Source: Candidatus Oxydemutatoraceae bacterium (GTDB lineage Bacteria; Pseudomonadota; Gammaproteobacteria; Poriferisulfidales; Oxydemutatoraceae). Taken from it: DNA of 64,000 nucleotides. The translations under genes were made by a program, and so were the position numbers. The stretch is from positions 1,760,001-1,824,000 of the forward strand of contig CBDCOZ010000003.1 in NCBI GenBank assembly GCA_965220085.1, given 5' to 3'. The notes beneath the pieces were generated by a model that did no database searches, was not told where the DNA came from, and saw nothing but the letters and a program-made list of their open reading frames with translations. Positions 19,401 to 34,400 of this stretch are shown in pieces. Position 1 is the first letter of the stretch. Each line of letters opens with the position of its first letter.

Positions 19401-22400
19401 GCCTTCGCTCGCGGTCAGGGTGATGCCCGGCACCACGGCGCCGACTGTCGCATTCTCGGCAAGATTTATCGCACCGTTGCCGCTGTTCGCTACCGTCAGT
19501 GTCTCCGGCACATTCGTCACGTTTATTGTCAGTGTCAGTGCGGCAGGCTGATAACCGGCGGCTTCGGCTGTTACCGTTACGGCATGGCTACGCGCACCTG
19601 TGTCTTCGTAGTCCAGCGTGTCGCTCGCAACCAAAGTGATGATGCCATTAGCGTTGCCTATTGTGAACAAGTCGCTCGGATCGGTCAGGTTCCAGGTCGC
19701 GCCACTTACGGCGGCGCCGGCGGAGTCTTGTGCCGCCAATGTCACACCCGCTATCGCCATGCCCGCCGTTGCCGACTCCGCTATCGTCGCCGTGTCGGCA
19801 TCGCCTGTCGCATCGGTGTCCGCAATCTGCAACTGTGGCAGGGTCTCATCAACATCGGTCACCGTTATCGTCAGCGACAACTCGTTGGAATCTATGCCGT
19901 CCTTTGTCGCTTGCGCCATTACTATGTGTTGCGATGATGTCTCGTAGTCCAGCGCACCCGCCACCGTGACCAGTCCGCTATCGGAGTCAATCGCGAATAA
20001 ACCGGTCGGGGTGCTCGCCAAACTCCATCTCACACCGGTCACGGCAGTGTTGCCTTCGTCGTTCGCGGTCAGAGCAATGCCCGGCACCACGGCGCCGGTT
20101 GGCACATTCTCGGCAAGCGCTATCGCACCGCTGCCGCCGTTCGCTACCGTCAATGTCTCCGGCACATTCGTTACGGCAATAGTCACTTCTATTGTGCTGC
20201 TGACAGTGCCCGTTGAGGCTTGCGCCGTTATCGTGTGGCTCTGCGCTGTCTCATAATCCAATGCGCCCGCCAACGTGACGACTCCGCTTTCAGAGTCAAT
20301 CGCAAACAAACCGCCCGCGGCATCGCTTAGCGCCCATGTGAAGTCTGTGCCGCCGACCAGGGGCAGACTGCCTTCGCTCGCGGTCAAGGTGATGCCCGGT
20401 ACCACGATGCCGACGGTCGCATTCTCGGCAAGCGCTATCGCACCGCTACCGCCGTTCGCTACCGTCAGTGTCTCCGCCACATTCGTCACGACAACAATCA
20501 CTTCTATTGTCTCGCTGACAGCGCCGGTTGAGGCTTGTGCGATTATCGTGTGGCTCTGTGCCATCTCATAATCCAATGCGCCCGCCAACGTGACGACTCC
20601 GCTTTCAGAGTCAATCGCAAACCGACCGACGGCGTCATCGCTTAGCTCCCATGTGAAGTCTATGCCGCCAGTCAGAGGCAGACTGCCTTCGCTCGCGGTC
20701 AGGGTGATGCCCGGCACCACGGCGCCGACTGTCGCATTCTCGGCAAGATTTATCGCACCGTTGCCGCTGTTCGCTACCGTCAGTGTCTCCGGCACATTCG
20801 TCACGGCAATGGTCACCTCTATTGTCTCGCTGACAGCGCCGGTTGAGGCTTGTGCGATTATCGTGTGGCTCTGTGCCATCTCATAATCCAATGCGCCCGC
20901 CAACGTGACGACTCCGCTTTCAGAGTCAATCGCAAACAAACCGCCCGCGGCATCGCTTAGCGCCCATGTGAAGTCTGTGCCGCCGACCAGGGGCAGACTG
21001 CCTTCGCTCGCGGTCAAGGTGATGCCCGGTACCACGGTGCCGACGGTCGCATTCTCGGCAAGCGCTATCGCAGCGCTGCCGCCGTTCGCTACCGTCAATG
21101 TCTCCGGCACATTCGTTACGGCAATAGTCACTTCTATTGTGCTGCTGACAGTGCCCGTTGAGGCTTGCGCCGTTATCGTGTGGCTCTGCGCTGTCTCATA
21201 ATCCAATGCGCCCGCCACCGTGACCACTCCGCTTTCAGAGTCAATCGCAAACCGACCGACGGCGTCATCGCTTAGCTCCCATGTGAAGTCTATGCCGCCG
21301 GTCAGAGGCAGACTGCCTTCGCTTGCGGTCAGAGCAATGCCCGGCACTACGGTGCCGGCGGGCGCATCCTCGGCGAGCTCTATCGCACCCGTGCCGCTGT
21401 TCGCCACCGTCAGTGTCTCCGGCACATTCGTCACGTTTATCGTCAGCGCCACTGCGGCAGGCTGATAACCGGCGGCTTCGGCTGTTACCGTTACGCTATG
21501 GCTGCGCGCGGTTTCATAGTCCAGCGTGTTGTCCGCAATCAAAGTGATGACACCGCTGGTACTGCCTACTGTGAACAAGCTGCTCGGATCGGTCAGGCTC
21601 CATGTCACTCCGGTCACCGTAGCGCCAGCAGGGTCTTGTGCCGCCAATGTCACCCCCGCTATCGCCGTGCCCGCCGACGCGTCTTCCGCTATCGTCGCTG
21701 TGTTGGCAACGCCTGTCGCATCGGTGTCCGCAATCTGCAACTGCGGCAGGGTCTCATCAACATCGGTCACCGTTATCGTCAGCGACAACTCGTTGGAATC
21801 CACGCCGTCTTTTGTCGCTTGCGCCGCTACTGTGTGTTGCGATGATGCCTCGTAATCCAATTCGCCCTCTGCGGTAATCACGCCACTGGCGCTGTTTATT
21901 GCAAACAGACCGCTTGCATCGGTCAAGCTCCAGACCACTTCGCTTACCGTAGCGCCACCTTCGTCGCTTGCGGTCAGAGCGATGCCCGGCACTACTGTGC
22001 CGGCTGGCGCATTCTCGGTCAGCTCTATCGCACCGCTGCCGGTATTCTCTATCGTCAGCGTCTCCAATACATTCGTCACGTTTATCGTCAGCGTCACTAT
22101 GGCAGGCTGATAACCGGCGGCTTCGGCTATTACCGTTACGTTATGGCTTCGCGCGGTTTCGTAGTCCAGCGTGTCGCTCACAATCAAAGTAATTTCGCCG
22201 CTCGCAGAATCTATCTCAAACAGGTCAAGCTCATTCTGACCACTCAGGCTCCAGGTCGCACTGCTTACGGCAACGCCAGCGGAGTCTTGTGCCGCCAGCG
22301 TTACATCCGCTATCGCAGTACCCGCCGCTGCGTCTTCCGCTATCGTCGCTGTGTTGGCAGCGCCTGTCGCATCGGTGTCCGCAATCTGCAACTGCGGCAG

Positions 22401-25400
22401 AGTCTCGTCAATATCTGTTACGGCGATGGTCAGGGTTAGTTGATTCGAATCTATGCCGTCTTTGCTCGCCTGCGCCGTGACCGTGTGTTGCGTTGCCGCC
22501 GCGTAGTTCAATGCGCCCTCTGCGGTAATCACGCCGGTGTTACTCGTGATGGCAAACAAGCTATCCGCGTCATCGGTCAGGCTCCAGACCACGCCGCTTA
22601 CCGCAACGCCGCCTTCGTCGCTCACTGTCAGAGCAATGCCCGGCACCACGGTGCCGACGGGCGCATTCTCGGCCAGTTCTATCGCACCGCTGCCGCCGTT
22701 TACTATCGTCAGCGTCTCCAACACATTCGTCACGTTTATTGTCAGCGTCACTATGGCAGGCTGGTAACTGTCGGCTGTGGCGGTTATCGCTACGGTGTGG
22801 CTACGCGCGGTTTCATAGTCCAGCGTGTCGCTCGCAATCAAAGTGATGACACCATTGGTACTGCCTATTGTGAACAAGCCACTCGGATCGGTCAGGCTCC
22901 AGGTCGCACTGCTTACGGCAACGCCAGCGGAGTCTTGTGCCGCCAGCGTTACATCCGCTATCGCAGTACCCGCCGCTGCGTCTTCCGCTATCGTCGCTGT
23001 GTTGGCAGCGCCTGTCGCATCGGTGTCCGCAATCTGCAACTGCGGCAAGGTCTCATCAACATTCGTTACAGCAATGGTCACTGCTATTGTCTCGCTGACA
23101 GTGCCCGTTGAGGCTTGCGCCGTTATCGTGTGGCTCTGCGCTGTCTCATAATCCAGCGCGCCCGCCAACGTGACCACTCCGCTTTCGGAGTCAATCGCAA
23201 ACCGACCGGCCGCGGCATCGCTCAACTCCCATGCGAAATCTGTGCCGCCGGTCAGAACCAGGCTGCCTTCGCTCGCAGTCAGAATGATACCCGGTACCAC
23301 GGTGCCGGTTGGCGCATTCTCGGCTAGTTCTATCGCACCGCTGCCGCTGTTCGCTACCGTCAATGTCTCCAACACATTCGTCACGTTTATTGTCAGGGTC
23401 ACTGCGGCAGGCTGATAACCGTCAGCTGTGGCGGTTACCGCTACGGTGTGGCTACGCACGGTTTCATAGTCCAGCGTGTTGTCCGCAATCAAGGTAATCT
23501 CGCCGCTCGCAGAGTCTATCTCAAACAGGTCAATCTCACTCGGGGCGCTCAGGTTCCATGTCACACTTACGGCAGCGCCAGAGGAGTCTTGTGCCGCCAA
23601 TGTCACACCTGCTATCGCCGCACCCGCCGACGCGTCCTCCGCTATCGTCGCCGTGTTGTCATCGCCTGTCGCATCGGTGTCCGCAATCTGCAACTGCGGC
23701 AAGGTCTCATCAACATTCGTTACAGCAATGGTCACTGCTATTGTCTCGCTGACAGCGCCCGTTGAGGCTCGCGCCGTTATCGTGTGACTCTGTGCCGTCT
23801 CATAATCCAATGCGCCCGCCAACGTGACGACTCCGCTTTCAGAGTCAATCGCAAACAGACCGCCCGCGGCATCGCTCAACTCCCATGCGAAATCTGTGCC
23901 ACCGACCAGAGGCAGACTGCCTTCGCTCGCGGTCAAGGCAATGCCCGGCACCACGGTGCCGACTGGCGCATTCTCGGCGAGCTCTATCGCACCGCTGCCG
24001 CCGTTCGCTATCGTCAAAGTCTCCAACACGTTCGTCACATTTATTGTCAGGGTCAGTGCGGCAGGCTGATAACCGTCGGCTTCAGCTGTTACCGTTACGC
24101 TATGGCTACGCGCATTGGTGTCTTCGTAGTCCAGTGTGTTGTCCGCAATCAAAGTGATGACACCGCTGGTACTGCCTACTGTGAACAAGCTGCTCGGATC
24201 GGTCAGGCTCCAAGTCACTCCGGCCACCGTAGCGCCGCCAGAGTCTTGTGCCGCCAGCGCTACATCCGCTATCGCAGTGCCTCCCGTTGCCGACTCCGCT
24301 ATCGTCGCCGTGTTGGCATCGCCTGTCGTATCGGTGTCCGCAATCTGCAACTGCGGCAGAGTCTCGTCAATATCCGTTACGGCGATGGTCAGGGTTAGTT
24401 GATTCGAATCTATGCCGTCTTTGCTCGCCCGCGCCGTGACCGTGTGTTGCGTTGCCGCCGCGTAGTCTAATGCGCCCTCTACGGTAATCACGCCGCTGTT
24501 GCTCGTGATGGCAAACAAGCTATCCGCGTCATCGGTCAGGCTCCAGACTGCTCCGCTTACCGTAGATCCACCTTCGTCGCCCACCGTCAGAGCGATGCCC
24601 GGCACCACGGTGCCGGCTGGCGCATTCTCGGTCATCTCTATCGCACCGCTGCCGGTATTCTCTATCGTCAGCGTCTCCAACACATTCTCCACCGCTATCG
24701 TCAGCGACAATTCGTTGGAATCCACGCCGTCCTTTGTCGCTTGCGCCATTACTGTGTGTTGCGATGATGTCTCGTAATCCAATGCGCCCTCTACGGTAAT
24801 CACGCCGGTGTTACTCGTGATGGCAAACAAGCTACCCGCGTCATCGGTCAGGCTCCAGACCACTGCGCTTACCGTAGATCCACCCTCGTCTCTCACCGTC
24901 AGAGCAATGCCCGGCACCACGGTGCCGGCGGGCGCATTCTCGGCCAGTTCTATCGCACCGCTGTCGCCGTTTGCTATCGTCAATGTCTCCAGCACATTCT
25001 CTACCGCTATCGTCAGCGCTAGCGTGTTAACGACAGTGCCCGTTGAGGCTTGCGCCGTTATCGTGTGGCTCTGTGCCGTCTCAAAATTCAATGCGCCAGC
25101 CACCGTTACTTCGCCGCCAGTGCTAATCGCAAACAGGCCGCCTGCGTTATCGCTCAACCTCCATGTGAAGTCTATGCCATCAATCAAACCCAGACTGCCT
25201 TCGTTTGCGGTCAGGCTGATGCCGGGCACCACGGTGCCGACCGTCGCATCCTCGGCAATCGCGCTGGCATCACTATCGCTATCCGTCACGGTTATGGATT
25301 CCACTACATTGACAATCTCTACCCCTATGCGATGCTGATCGATTCTCTCCGCCCTTGTCGCAGGGTCGGTCGCACTAATAGTCACGACAACATCCGCCTT

Positions 25401-28400
25401 GCGAGCATCGCCCCCGTCTGTTTCATAATCCACCGCCCGTGTCAGACTGACCTCACCGGTAGCGCTATCAATGGTCAGCATATCGTTCGCATCCAAACTC
25501 CACATAATCGATGCCAGACTCCGGACTAAATCGCCATTCCGCACATCTCGCTCGTATGCCGCCAACGACAGACCGCTTATCGCCGTACCGGCCGGCGCGT
25601 TCTCCAAAACCAGATTGGTGGCATCATCGTCATCGGCAATTACCAGCTCAAATATGCTATTCACGACCATTATCGTCACCTCAAATGTGTCCGACCGCAC
25701 GGTGGCGCCGTCTCCGGTGACCGAGACTTGCGCCTCAACTGTGTGGCTATCGGTGTCTTCGTAATCCAATGTGTCCGAAGCAATCAGGCTGATAGCGCCG
25801 TTGGCATCTATTGCGAACAGGCCGCCGCCGGTCAAAGTCCATGTCAGACCGGTCGTCACCGCAGAGCCCCCTTCGTCGGTCACTGTCAATGCGATACCGG
25901 CTACCGCCGTATTAGCCGCCGCCGTCTCCGTGATCGTGTTGTCAGCGTTGTCGCTGTCTGTGACGGTCAGCATCTCCAACACATTCGTTACGTTTATTGT
26001 CAGTGTCACTATGGCAGGCTGATAACCGGCGGCTTCGGCTGTTACCGTTACGCTATGGCTGCGCGCGGTTTCGTAGTCCAGTGTCTTGCCCGCAATCAAT
26101 GTAATCTCTCCGTTAGCGCTGTCTATTGCAAATGAGCCGCTCGGATCGGTCAGGCTCCAGACCGCTCCGCTTACAACATTGCTATCAGCGTCTTGTGCCG
26201 CCAGCGTTACATCCGCTATCGCAGTGCCTCCCGTTGCCGACTCCGCTATCGTCGCTGTGTTGGCATCGCCTGTCGCATCAGTGTCCGCAATCTGCAACTG
26301 CGGCAGAGTCTCGTCAATATCTGTTACGGCGATGGTCAGGGTTAGTTGATTCGAATCTATGCCGTCTTTGCTCGCCTGCGCCGTGACCGTGTGTTGCGTT
26401 GCCGCCGCGTAGTCCAATGCGCCCTCTGCGGTTATCACGCCGCTGTTACTCGTGATAGCAAACAAGCTGCCTGCGTCATCGGTCAGCATCCATTCCGCTC
26501 CGGTTATCACCTCGTCATTCTCGGTCGCTACCAGATTGATGCCCGGCACTACGGTGCCGGCGGGCGCATTCTCGGCCAGTTCTATCGCACCGCTGCCGCC
26601 GTTTGCTATCGTCAATGTCTCCAGCACATTCAATACATTGATTGTCAGTTCCAGCGTCGCTGTCATAAAACCGGCGGCGGCGGCGGTTACCGTTACGCTA
26701 TGGTTGCGCGCACCTATGTCTTCGTAGTCCAGCGTGTCGCTCGCTGCCAAAGTGATGACACCGCTGGTACTGCCTATCGCGAACAAGCTGCTCGGATCGG
26801 TCAGGCTCCAGGTCGCACTACTTACGGCAGTGCCATCGGTATCTTGTGCCGCCAATGTCACACCTGCTATCGCCGTGCCCTCCGTCGCATCCTCCGCTAT
26901 CGTCGCTGTGTTGGCAGCGCCTGTTGCATCGGTGTCCGCAATCTGTAGCTGCGGCAGGGTCTCATCAATATCTGTTACGGCGATGGTCAGAGATAGCTCA
27001 TTGGAATCTATGCCGTCTTTGCTCGCCTGCGCCGTGACCGTGTGTTGCGTTGCCGCCGCATAGTCCAATGCGCCCTCTGCGGTTATCACGCCGGTGTTGC
27101 TCGTGATGGCAAACAAGCTATCCGCGTCATCGGTCAGGCTCCAGACCACGCCGCTTACCGCAACGCCGCCTTCGTCGCTCACTGTCAGAGCAATGCCCGG
27201 CACCACGGTGCCGACGGGCGCATTCTCGGCCAGTTCTATCGCACCGCTGCCGCCGTTTGCTATCGTCAATGTCTCCAGCACATTCTCCACAGTTACCGTT
27301 ATTGAGAATGCGACCGAAGTCACTCCGTCTTTCGCGGCTTGCGCCATTAATGTGTGGCTCTCTGCCGTCTCAAAATTCAATGCGCCAGCCACCGTGACCT
27401 CGCCGCCGGTGCTAATCGCAAACAGGCCGCCAGCGTTATCAGGCAGACTCCATGTCAGGTCGGTTACCGGACGACCGCCTTCATCACTCGCCGTCAGAGT
27501 GACACCGCTCACTTCGGCGCCAATCGTTGCATTCTCCGCAATGGCATTGTCAGTGTTGTCGCTGTCTGTGACGGTCAGTGTCTCCAACACATTCTCTACC
27601 GCTATCGTCAGCGCTAGCGTGTTAACGACAGCGCCCGTTGAGGCTTGTGCCGTTATCGTGTGGCTCTCTGCCGTCTCAAAATTCAATGCGCCAGCCACCG
27701 TCACTTCGCCGCCAGTGCTAATCGCAAACAGGCCGCCAGCGTTATCAGGCAGACTCCATGTCAGGTCGGTTACCGCATTGCTGCCTTCATCACTCGCCGA
27801 CAGTGTGACGCCGCTCACTTCGGCGCCAATCGTTGCATTCTCCGCAATGGCATTGTCAGCGTTGTCGCTGTCTGTGACGGTCAGCATCTCCAACACATTG
27901 GTCACGTTTATTGTCAGGGTCACTGCGGCGGGCTGATAACCGGCGGCTTCGGCGGTTACCGTTACGCTATGGCTGCGCGCGGTTTCGTAGTCCAGTGTCT
28001 TGCCCGCAATCAATGTAATCTCGCCGTTAGCGCTGTCTATTGCAAATGAGCCGCTCGGATCGATCAGGCTCCAGACCGCTCCGCTTACAACATTGCTATC
28101 AGCGTCTTGTGCCGCCAGCGTTACATCCGCTATCGCAACGCCTCCCGTTGCCGACTCCGCTATCGTCGCTGTGTTGGCATCGCCTGTCGTATCAGTGTCC
28201 GCAATCTGCAACTGCGGCAGAGTCTCGTCAATATCTGTTACGGCGATGGTCAGAGATAGCTCATTGGAATCTATGCCGTCTTTGCTCGCCTGCGCCGTGA
28301 CCGTGTGTTGCGTTGCCGCCGCGTAGTCCAATGCGCCCTCTGCGGTTATCACGCCGGTGTTGCTCGTGATGGCAAACAAGCTATCCGCGTCATCGGTCAG

Positions 28401-31400
28401 GCTCCAGACCACGCCGCTTACCGCAACGCCGCCTTCGTCGCTCACTGTCAGAGCAATGCCCGGCACCACGGTGCCGGCGGGCGCATTCTCGGCCAGTTCT
28501 ATCGCACCGCTGCCGCCGTTTGCTATCGTCAATGTCTCCAGCACATTCTCCACAGTTACCGTTATTGAGAATGCGACCGAAGTCACTCCGTCTTTCGCGG
28601 CTTGCGCCATTAATGTGTGGCTCTCTGCCGTCTCAAAATTCAATGCGCCCGCCACCGTGACCTCGCCGCCGGTGCTAATCGCAAACAGGCCGCCAGCGTT
28701 ATCAGGCAGACTCCATGTCAGGTCGGTTACCGGACGACCGCCTTCATCACTCGCCGTCAGAGTGACACCGCTCACTTCGGCGCCGATCGTTGCGTTCTCC
28801 GCAATGGTATTGTCAGTGTTGTCGCTGTCTGTGACGGTCAGTGTCTCCAACACATTCTCTACCGCTATCGTCAGCGCTAGCGTGTTAACGACAGCGCCCG
28901 TTGAGGCTTGTGCCGTTATCGTGTGGCTCTCTGCCGTCTCAAAATTCAATGCGCCCGCCACCGTGACCTCGCCGCCGGTGCTAATCGCAAACAGGCCGCC
29001 CGCGTTATCAGGCAGACTCCATGTCAGGTCGGTTACCGCATTGCTGCCTTCGTCACTCGCCGTCAGAGTGATGCCGCTCACTTCAGTGCCAATCGTTGCG
29101 TTCTCCGCAATGGCATTGTCAGCGTTGTCGCTGTCTGTGACGGTCAGCATCTCCAACACATTGGTCACGTTTATTGTCAGGGTCACTGCGGCGGGCTGAT
29201 AACCGGCGGCTTCGGCGGTTACCGTTACGCTATAGCTGTGCGCGGTTTCGTAGTCCAGTGTCTTGCCCGCAATCAAAGTGATGACACCGCTGGTACTGCC
29301 TACTGTGAACAAGCTGCTCGGATCGGTCAGGCTCCAAGTCACTCCGCTTACAACATTGCTATCAGCGTCTTGTGCCGCCAGCGTTACATCCGCTATCGCA
29401 ACGCCTCCCGTTGCCGACTCCGCTATCGTCGCTGTGTTGGCATCGCCTGTCGTATCAGTGTCCGCAATCTGCAACTGCGGCAGAGTCTCGTCAATATCTG
29501 TTACGGCGATGGTCAGGGTTAGTTGATTCGAATCTATGCCGTCTTTGCTCGCCTGCGCCGTGACCGTGTGTTGCGTTGCCGCCGCGTAGTTCAATGCGCC
29601 CTCTACGGTAATCACGCCGGTGTTACTCGTGATGGCAAACAAGCTATCCGCGTCATCGGTCAGGCTCCAGACCACGCCGCTTACCGCAACGCCGCCTTCG
29701 TCGCTCACTGTCAGAGCAATGCCCGGCACCACGGTGCCGACGGGCGCATTCTCGGCCAGTTCTATCGCACCGCTGCCGCCGTTTACTATCGTCAATGTCT
29801 CCAGCACATTCTCCACAGTTATCGTTATTGAGAATGCGACCGAAGTCACTCCGTCTTTCGCGGCTTGCGCCATTAATGTGTGGCTCTCCCCGCCAGCCGC
29901 TTCAAAATTCAATGCGCCAGCCACCGTGACCTCGCCGCCGGTGCTAATCGCAAACAGGCCGCCAGCGTTATCAGGTAGACTCCATGTCAGGTCGGTTACC
30001 GGACGACCGCCTTCATCACTCGCCGTCAGAGTGACACCGCTCACTTCGGCGCCGATCGTTGCGTTCTCCGCAATGGTATTGTCAGTGTTGTCGCTGTCTG
30101 TGACGGTCAGTGTCTCCAACACATTCTCTACCGCTATCGTCAGCACTAGCGTGTTAACGACAGCGCCCGTTGAGGCTTGTGCCGTTATCGTGTGGCTCTC
30201 TGCCGTCTCAAAATTCAATGCGCCAGCCACCGTCACTTCGCCGCCAGTGCTAATCGCAAACAGGCCGCTTGCATCATCAGGCAGACTCCATGTCAGGTCG
30301 GTTACCGCATTGCTGCCTTCGTCACTCGCCGTCAGAGTGACGCCGGTCACTTCGGCGCCGATCGTTGCGTTCTCCGCAATGGTATTGGCGCCAGTGTTGC
30401 TATCCGCTATCGTCAATGTCTCCAGCACATTCTCCACAGTTACCGTTACTGAGAATGCGACCGAAGTCACTCCGTCTTTCGCGGCTTGCGCCATTAATGT
30501 GTGACTCTCGCCGCCAACCGCTTCAAAATCCAAATCGCCGGCCACACTGATTACGCCTGTGTCAGTCGCAATCGCAAACAGGCCGCTTGCATCATCAGGC
30601 AGACTCCATGTCAGGTCGGTTACCGTAGCGCCACCCTCGTCGCTCACTGTCAGAGTGACGCCGGTCACTTCGGCGCCAACCGTTGCATTCTCCGCAATGG
30701 TATTGTCGCCAGTGTCGTTATCCGCTACCGTCAATGTCTCCAGCACATTCAATACATTTATTGCCAGGGTCAGTGTGGCAGACTGATAACTGTCGACTTC
30801 GGCGGTTACCGTTACGCTATGGCTGCGCGCGGTTTCGTAGTCCAGTGTCTTGCCCGCAATCAATGTAATCTCTCCGTTAGCGCTGTCTATTGCAAATGAG
30901 CCGCTCGGATCGGTCAGGCTCCAGACCGCTCCGCTTACAACATTGCTATCAGCGTCTTGTGCCGCCAGCGTTACATCCGCTATCGCAGTGCCTCCCGTTG
31001 CCGACTCCGCTATCGTCGCTGTGTTGGCATCGCCTGTCGCATCAGTGTCCGCAATCTGCAACTGCGGCAGAGTCTCGTCAATATCTGTTACGGCGATGGT
31101 CAGAGATAGCTCATTGGAATCTATGCCGTCCCTGCTCGCCTGCGCCCTGACCGTGTGTTGCGTTGCTGCCGCGTAGTCCAATGCGCCCTCTACGGTTATC
31201 ACGCCGGTGTTACTCGTGATGGCAAACAAGCTGCCTGCGTCATCGGTCAGGCTCCAGACCACTGCGCTTACCGTAGATCCACCCTCGTCTCTCACCGTCA
31301 AAGCAATGCCCGGTACCACGGTGCCGGCGGGCGCATTCTCCGCAATGGTATTGCCGCCAGTGTCGCTATCCGCTATCGTCAATGTCTCCAGCACATTCTC

Positions 31401-34400
31401 CACAGTTACCGTTATTGAGAATGCGACCGAAGCCACTCCGTCTTTCGCGGCTTGCGCCATTAATGTGTGGCTCTCGCCGCCAGCCGCTTCAAAATCTAAA
31501 TCGCCCGCCACACTGATTACGCCTGTGTTAGTCGCAATCGCAAACAGGCCGCTTGCATCATCAGGCAGACTCCATGTCAGGTCGGTTACCGTAGCGCCAC
31601 CCTCGTCGCTCACTGTCAGAGTGACGCCGGTCACTTCGGCGCCAACCGTTGCATTCTCCGCAATGGTATTGGCGCCAGTGTCGTTATCCGCTATCGTCAA
31701 TGTCTCCAGCACATTCAATACATTTATTGCCAGGGTCAGTGTGGCAGACTGATAACTGTCGACCTCGGCGGTTACCGTTACGCTATGGCTGCGCGCGGTT
31801 TCGTAGTCCAGTGTCTTGCCCGCAATCAATGTAATCTCTCCGTTAGCGCTGTCTATTGCAAATGAGCCGCTCGGATCGGTCAGGCTCCAGACCGCTCCGC
31901 TTACAACATTGCTATCAGCGTCTTGTGCCGCCAGCGTTACATCCGCTATCGCAGTGCCTCCCGTTGCCGACTCCGCTATCGTCGCTGTGTTGGCATCGCC
32001 TGTCGCATCAGTGTCCGCAATCTGCAACTGCGGCAGAGTCTCGTCAATATCTGTTACGGCGATGGTCAGAGATAGCTCATTGGAATCTATGCCGTCCCTG
32101 CTCGCCTGCGCCCTGACCGTGTGTTGCGTTGCTGCCGCGTAGTCCAATGCGCCCTCTACGGTTATCACGCCGGTGTTACTCGTGATGGCAAACAAGCTGC
32201 CTGCGTCATCGGTCAGGCTCCAGACCACTGCGCTTACCGTAGATCCACCCTCGTCTCTCACCGTCAAAGCAATGCCCGGTACCACGGTGCCGGCGGGCGC
32301 ATTCTCCGCAATGGTATTGCCGCCAGTGTCGCTATCCGCTATCGTCAATGTCTCCAGCACATTCTCCACATCTACCGTTATTGAGAATGCGACCGAAGTC
32401 ACTCCGTCTTTCGCGGCTTGCGCCATTAATGTGTGGCTCTCGCCGCCAGCCGCTTCAAAATCTAAATCGCCCGCCACACTGATTACGCCTGTGTTAGTCG
32501 CAATCGCAAACAGGCCGCTTGCATCATCAGGCAGACTCCATGTCAGGTCGGTTACCGTAGCGCCACCTTCGTCTCTCGCCGACAGAGTGACGCCGATCAC
32601 TTCGGCGCCAATCGTTGCGTTCTCCGCAATGGCATTGGCGCCGGCGTCGTTATCCGCTACCGTCAATGTCTCCAGCACATTCAATACATTTATTGCCAGG
32701 GTCAGTGTGGCAGACTGATAACTGTCGACCTCGGCGGTTACCGTTACGCTATGGCTGCGCGCGGTTTCGTAGTCCAGTGTCTTGCCCGCAATCAATGTAA
32801 TCTCTCCGTTAGCGCTGTCTATTGCAAATGAGCCGCTCGGATCGGTCAGGCTCCAGACCGCTCCGCTTACAACATTGCTATCAGCGTCTTGTGCCGCCAG
32901 CGTTACATCCGCTATCGCAGTGCCTCCCGTTGCCGACTCCGCTATCGTCGCTGTGTTGGCATCGCCTGTCGCATCAGTGTCCGCAATCTGCAACTGCGGC
33001 AGAGTCTCGTCAATATCTGTTACGGCGATGGTCAGAGATAGCTCATTGGAATCTATGCCGTCCTTGCTCGCCTGCGCCCTGACCGTGTGTTGCGTCGCCG
33101 CCGCGTAGTCCAATGCGCCCTCTACGGTTATCACGCCGGTGTTACTCGTGATGGCAAACAAGCTGCCTGCGTCATCGGTCAGGCTCCAGACCACTGCGCT
33201 TACCGTAGATCCACCCTCGTCTCTCACCGTCAAAGCAATGCCCGGTACCACGGTGCCGGCGGGCGCATTCTCCGCAATGGTATTGCCGCCAGTGTCGCTA
33301 TCCGCTATCGTCAATGTCTCCAGCACATTCTCCACAGTTATCGTTATTGAGAATGCGACCGAAGTCACTCCGTCTTTCGCGGCTTGCGCCATTAATGTGT
33401 GGCTCTCCCCGCCAGCCGCTTCAAAATTCAATGCGCCCGCCACACTGATTACGCCTGTGTTAGTCGCAATCGCAAACAGGCCGCCAGCGTTATCAGGCAG
33501 ACTCCATGTCAGGTCGGTTACCGGACGACCGCCTTCATCACTCGCCGTCAGAGTGACACCGCTCACTTCGGCGCCGATCGTTGCGTTCTCCGCAATGGCA
33601 TTAGCGCCGGCGTCGCTATCCGCTATCGTCAATGTCTCCAGCACATTCTCCACAGTTACCGTTACTGAGAATGCGGCCGAAGTCACTCCGTCTTTCGCGG
33701 CTTGCGCCATTAATGTGTGACTCTCGCCGCCAACCGCTTCAAAATCCAAATCGCCGGCCACACTGATTACGCCTGTGTCAGTCGCAATCGCAAACAGGCC
33801 GCTTGCATCATCAGGCAGACTCCATGTCAGGTCGGTTACCGTAGCGCCACCCTCGTCGCTCACTGTCAGAGTGACGCCGGTCACTTCGGCGCCGATCGTT
33901 GCATTCTCCGCAATGGTATTGTCGCCAGTGTCGTTATCCGCTACCGTCAATGTCTCCAGCACATTCAATACATTTATTGCCAGGGTCAGTGTGGCAGACT
34001 GATAACTGTCAACTTCGGCAGTTACCGTGACGCTGTGGCGGCGCGCACTGCTGTCTTCGTAGTCCAGCGTGTTGCTCGCAACCAAAGTAATCTCGCCGTT
34101 GGCATTGTCTATTGCAAACAAGCCGCTCGGATCGGTCAGGCTCCAGACCGCTCCGCTCACAACATTGCTATCAGCGTCTTGTGCCGCCAGTGTCACATCC
34201 GCTATCGCAGCGCCTGCCGACGCATCCTCCGCTATCGTCGCTGTGTTGGCATCGCCTGTCGTATCAGTGTCCGCAATCTGCAACTGCGGCAGAGTCTCGT
34301 CAATATCTGTTACGGCGATGGTCAGAGATAGCTCATTGGAATCTATGCCGTCCTTGCTCGCCTGCGCCCTGACCGTGTGTTGCGTCGCCGCCGCGTAGTC

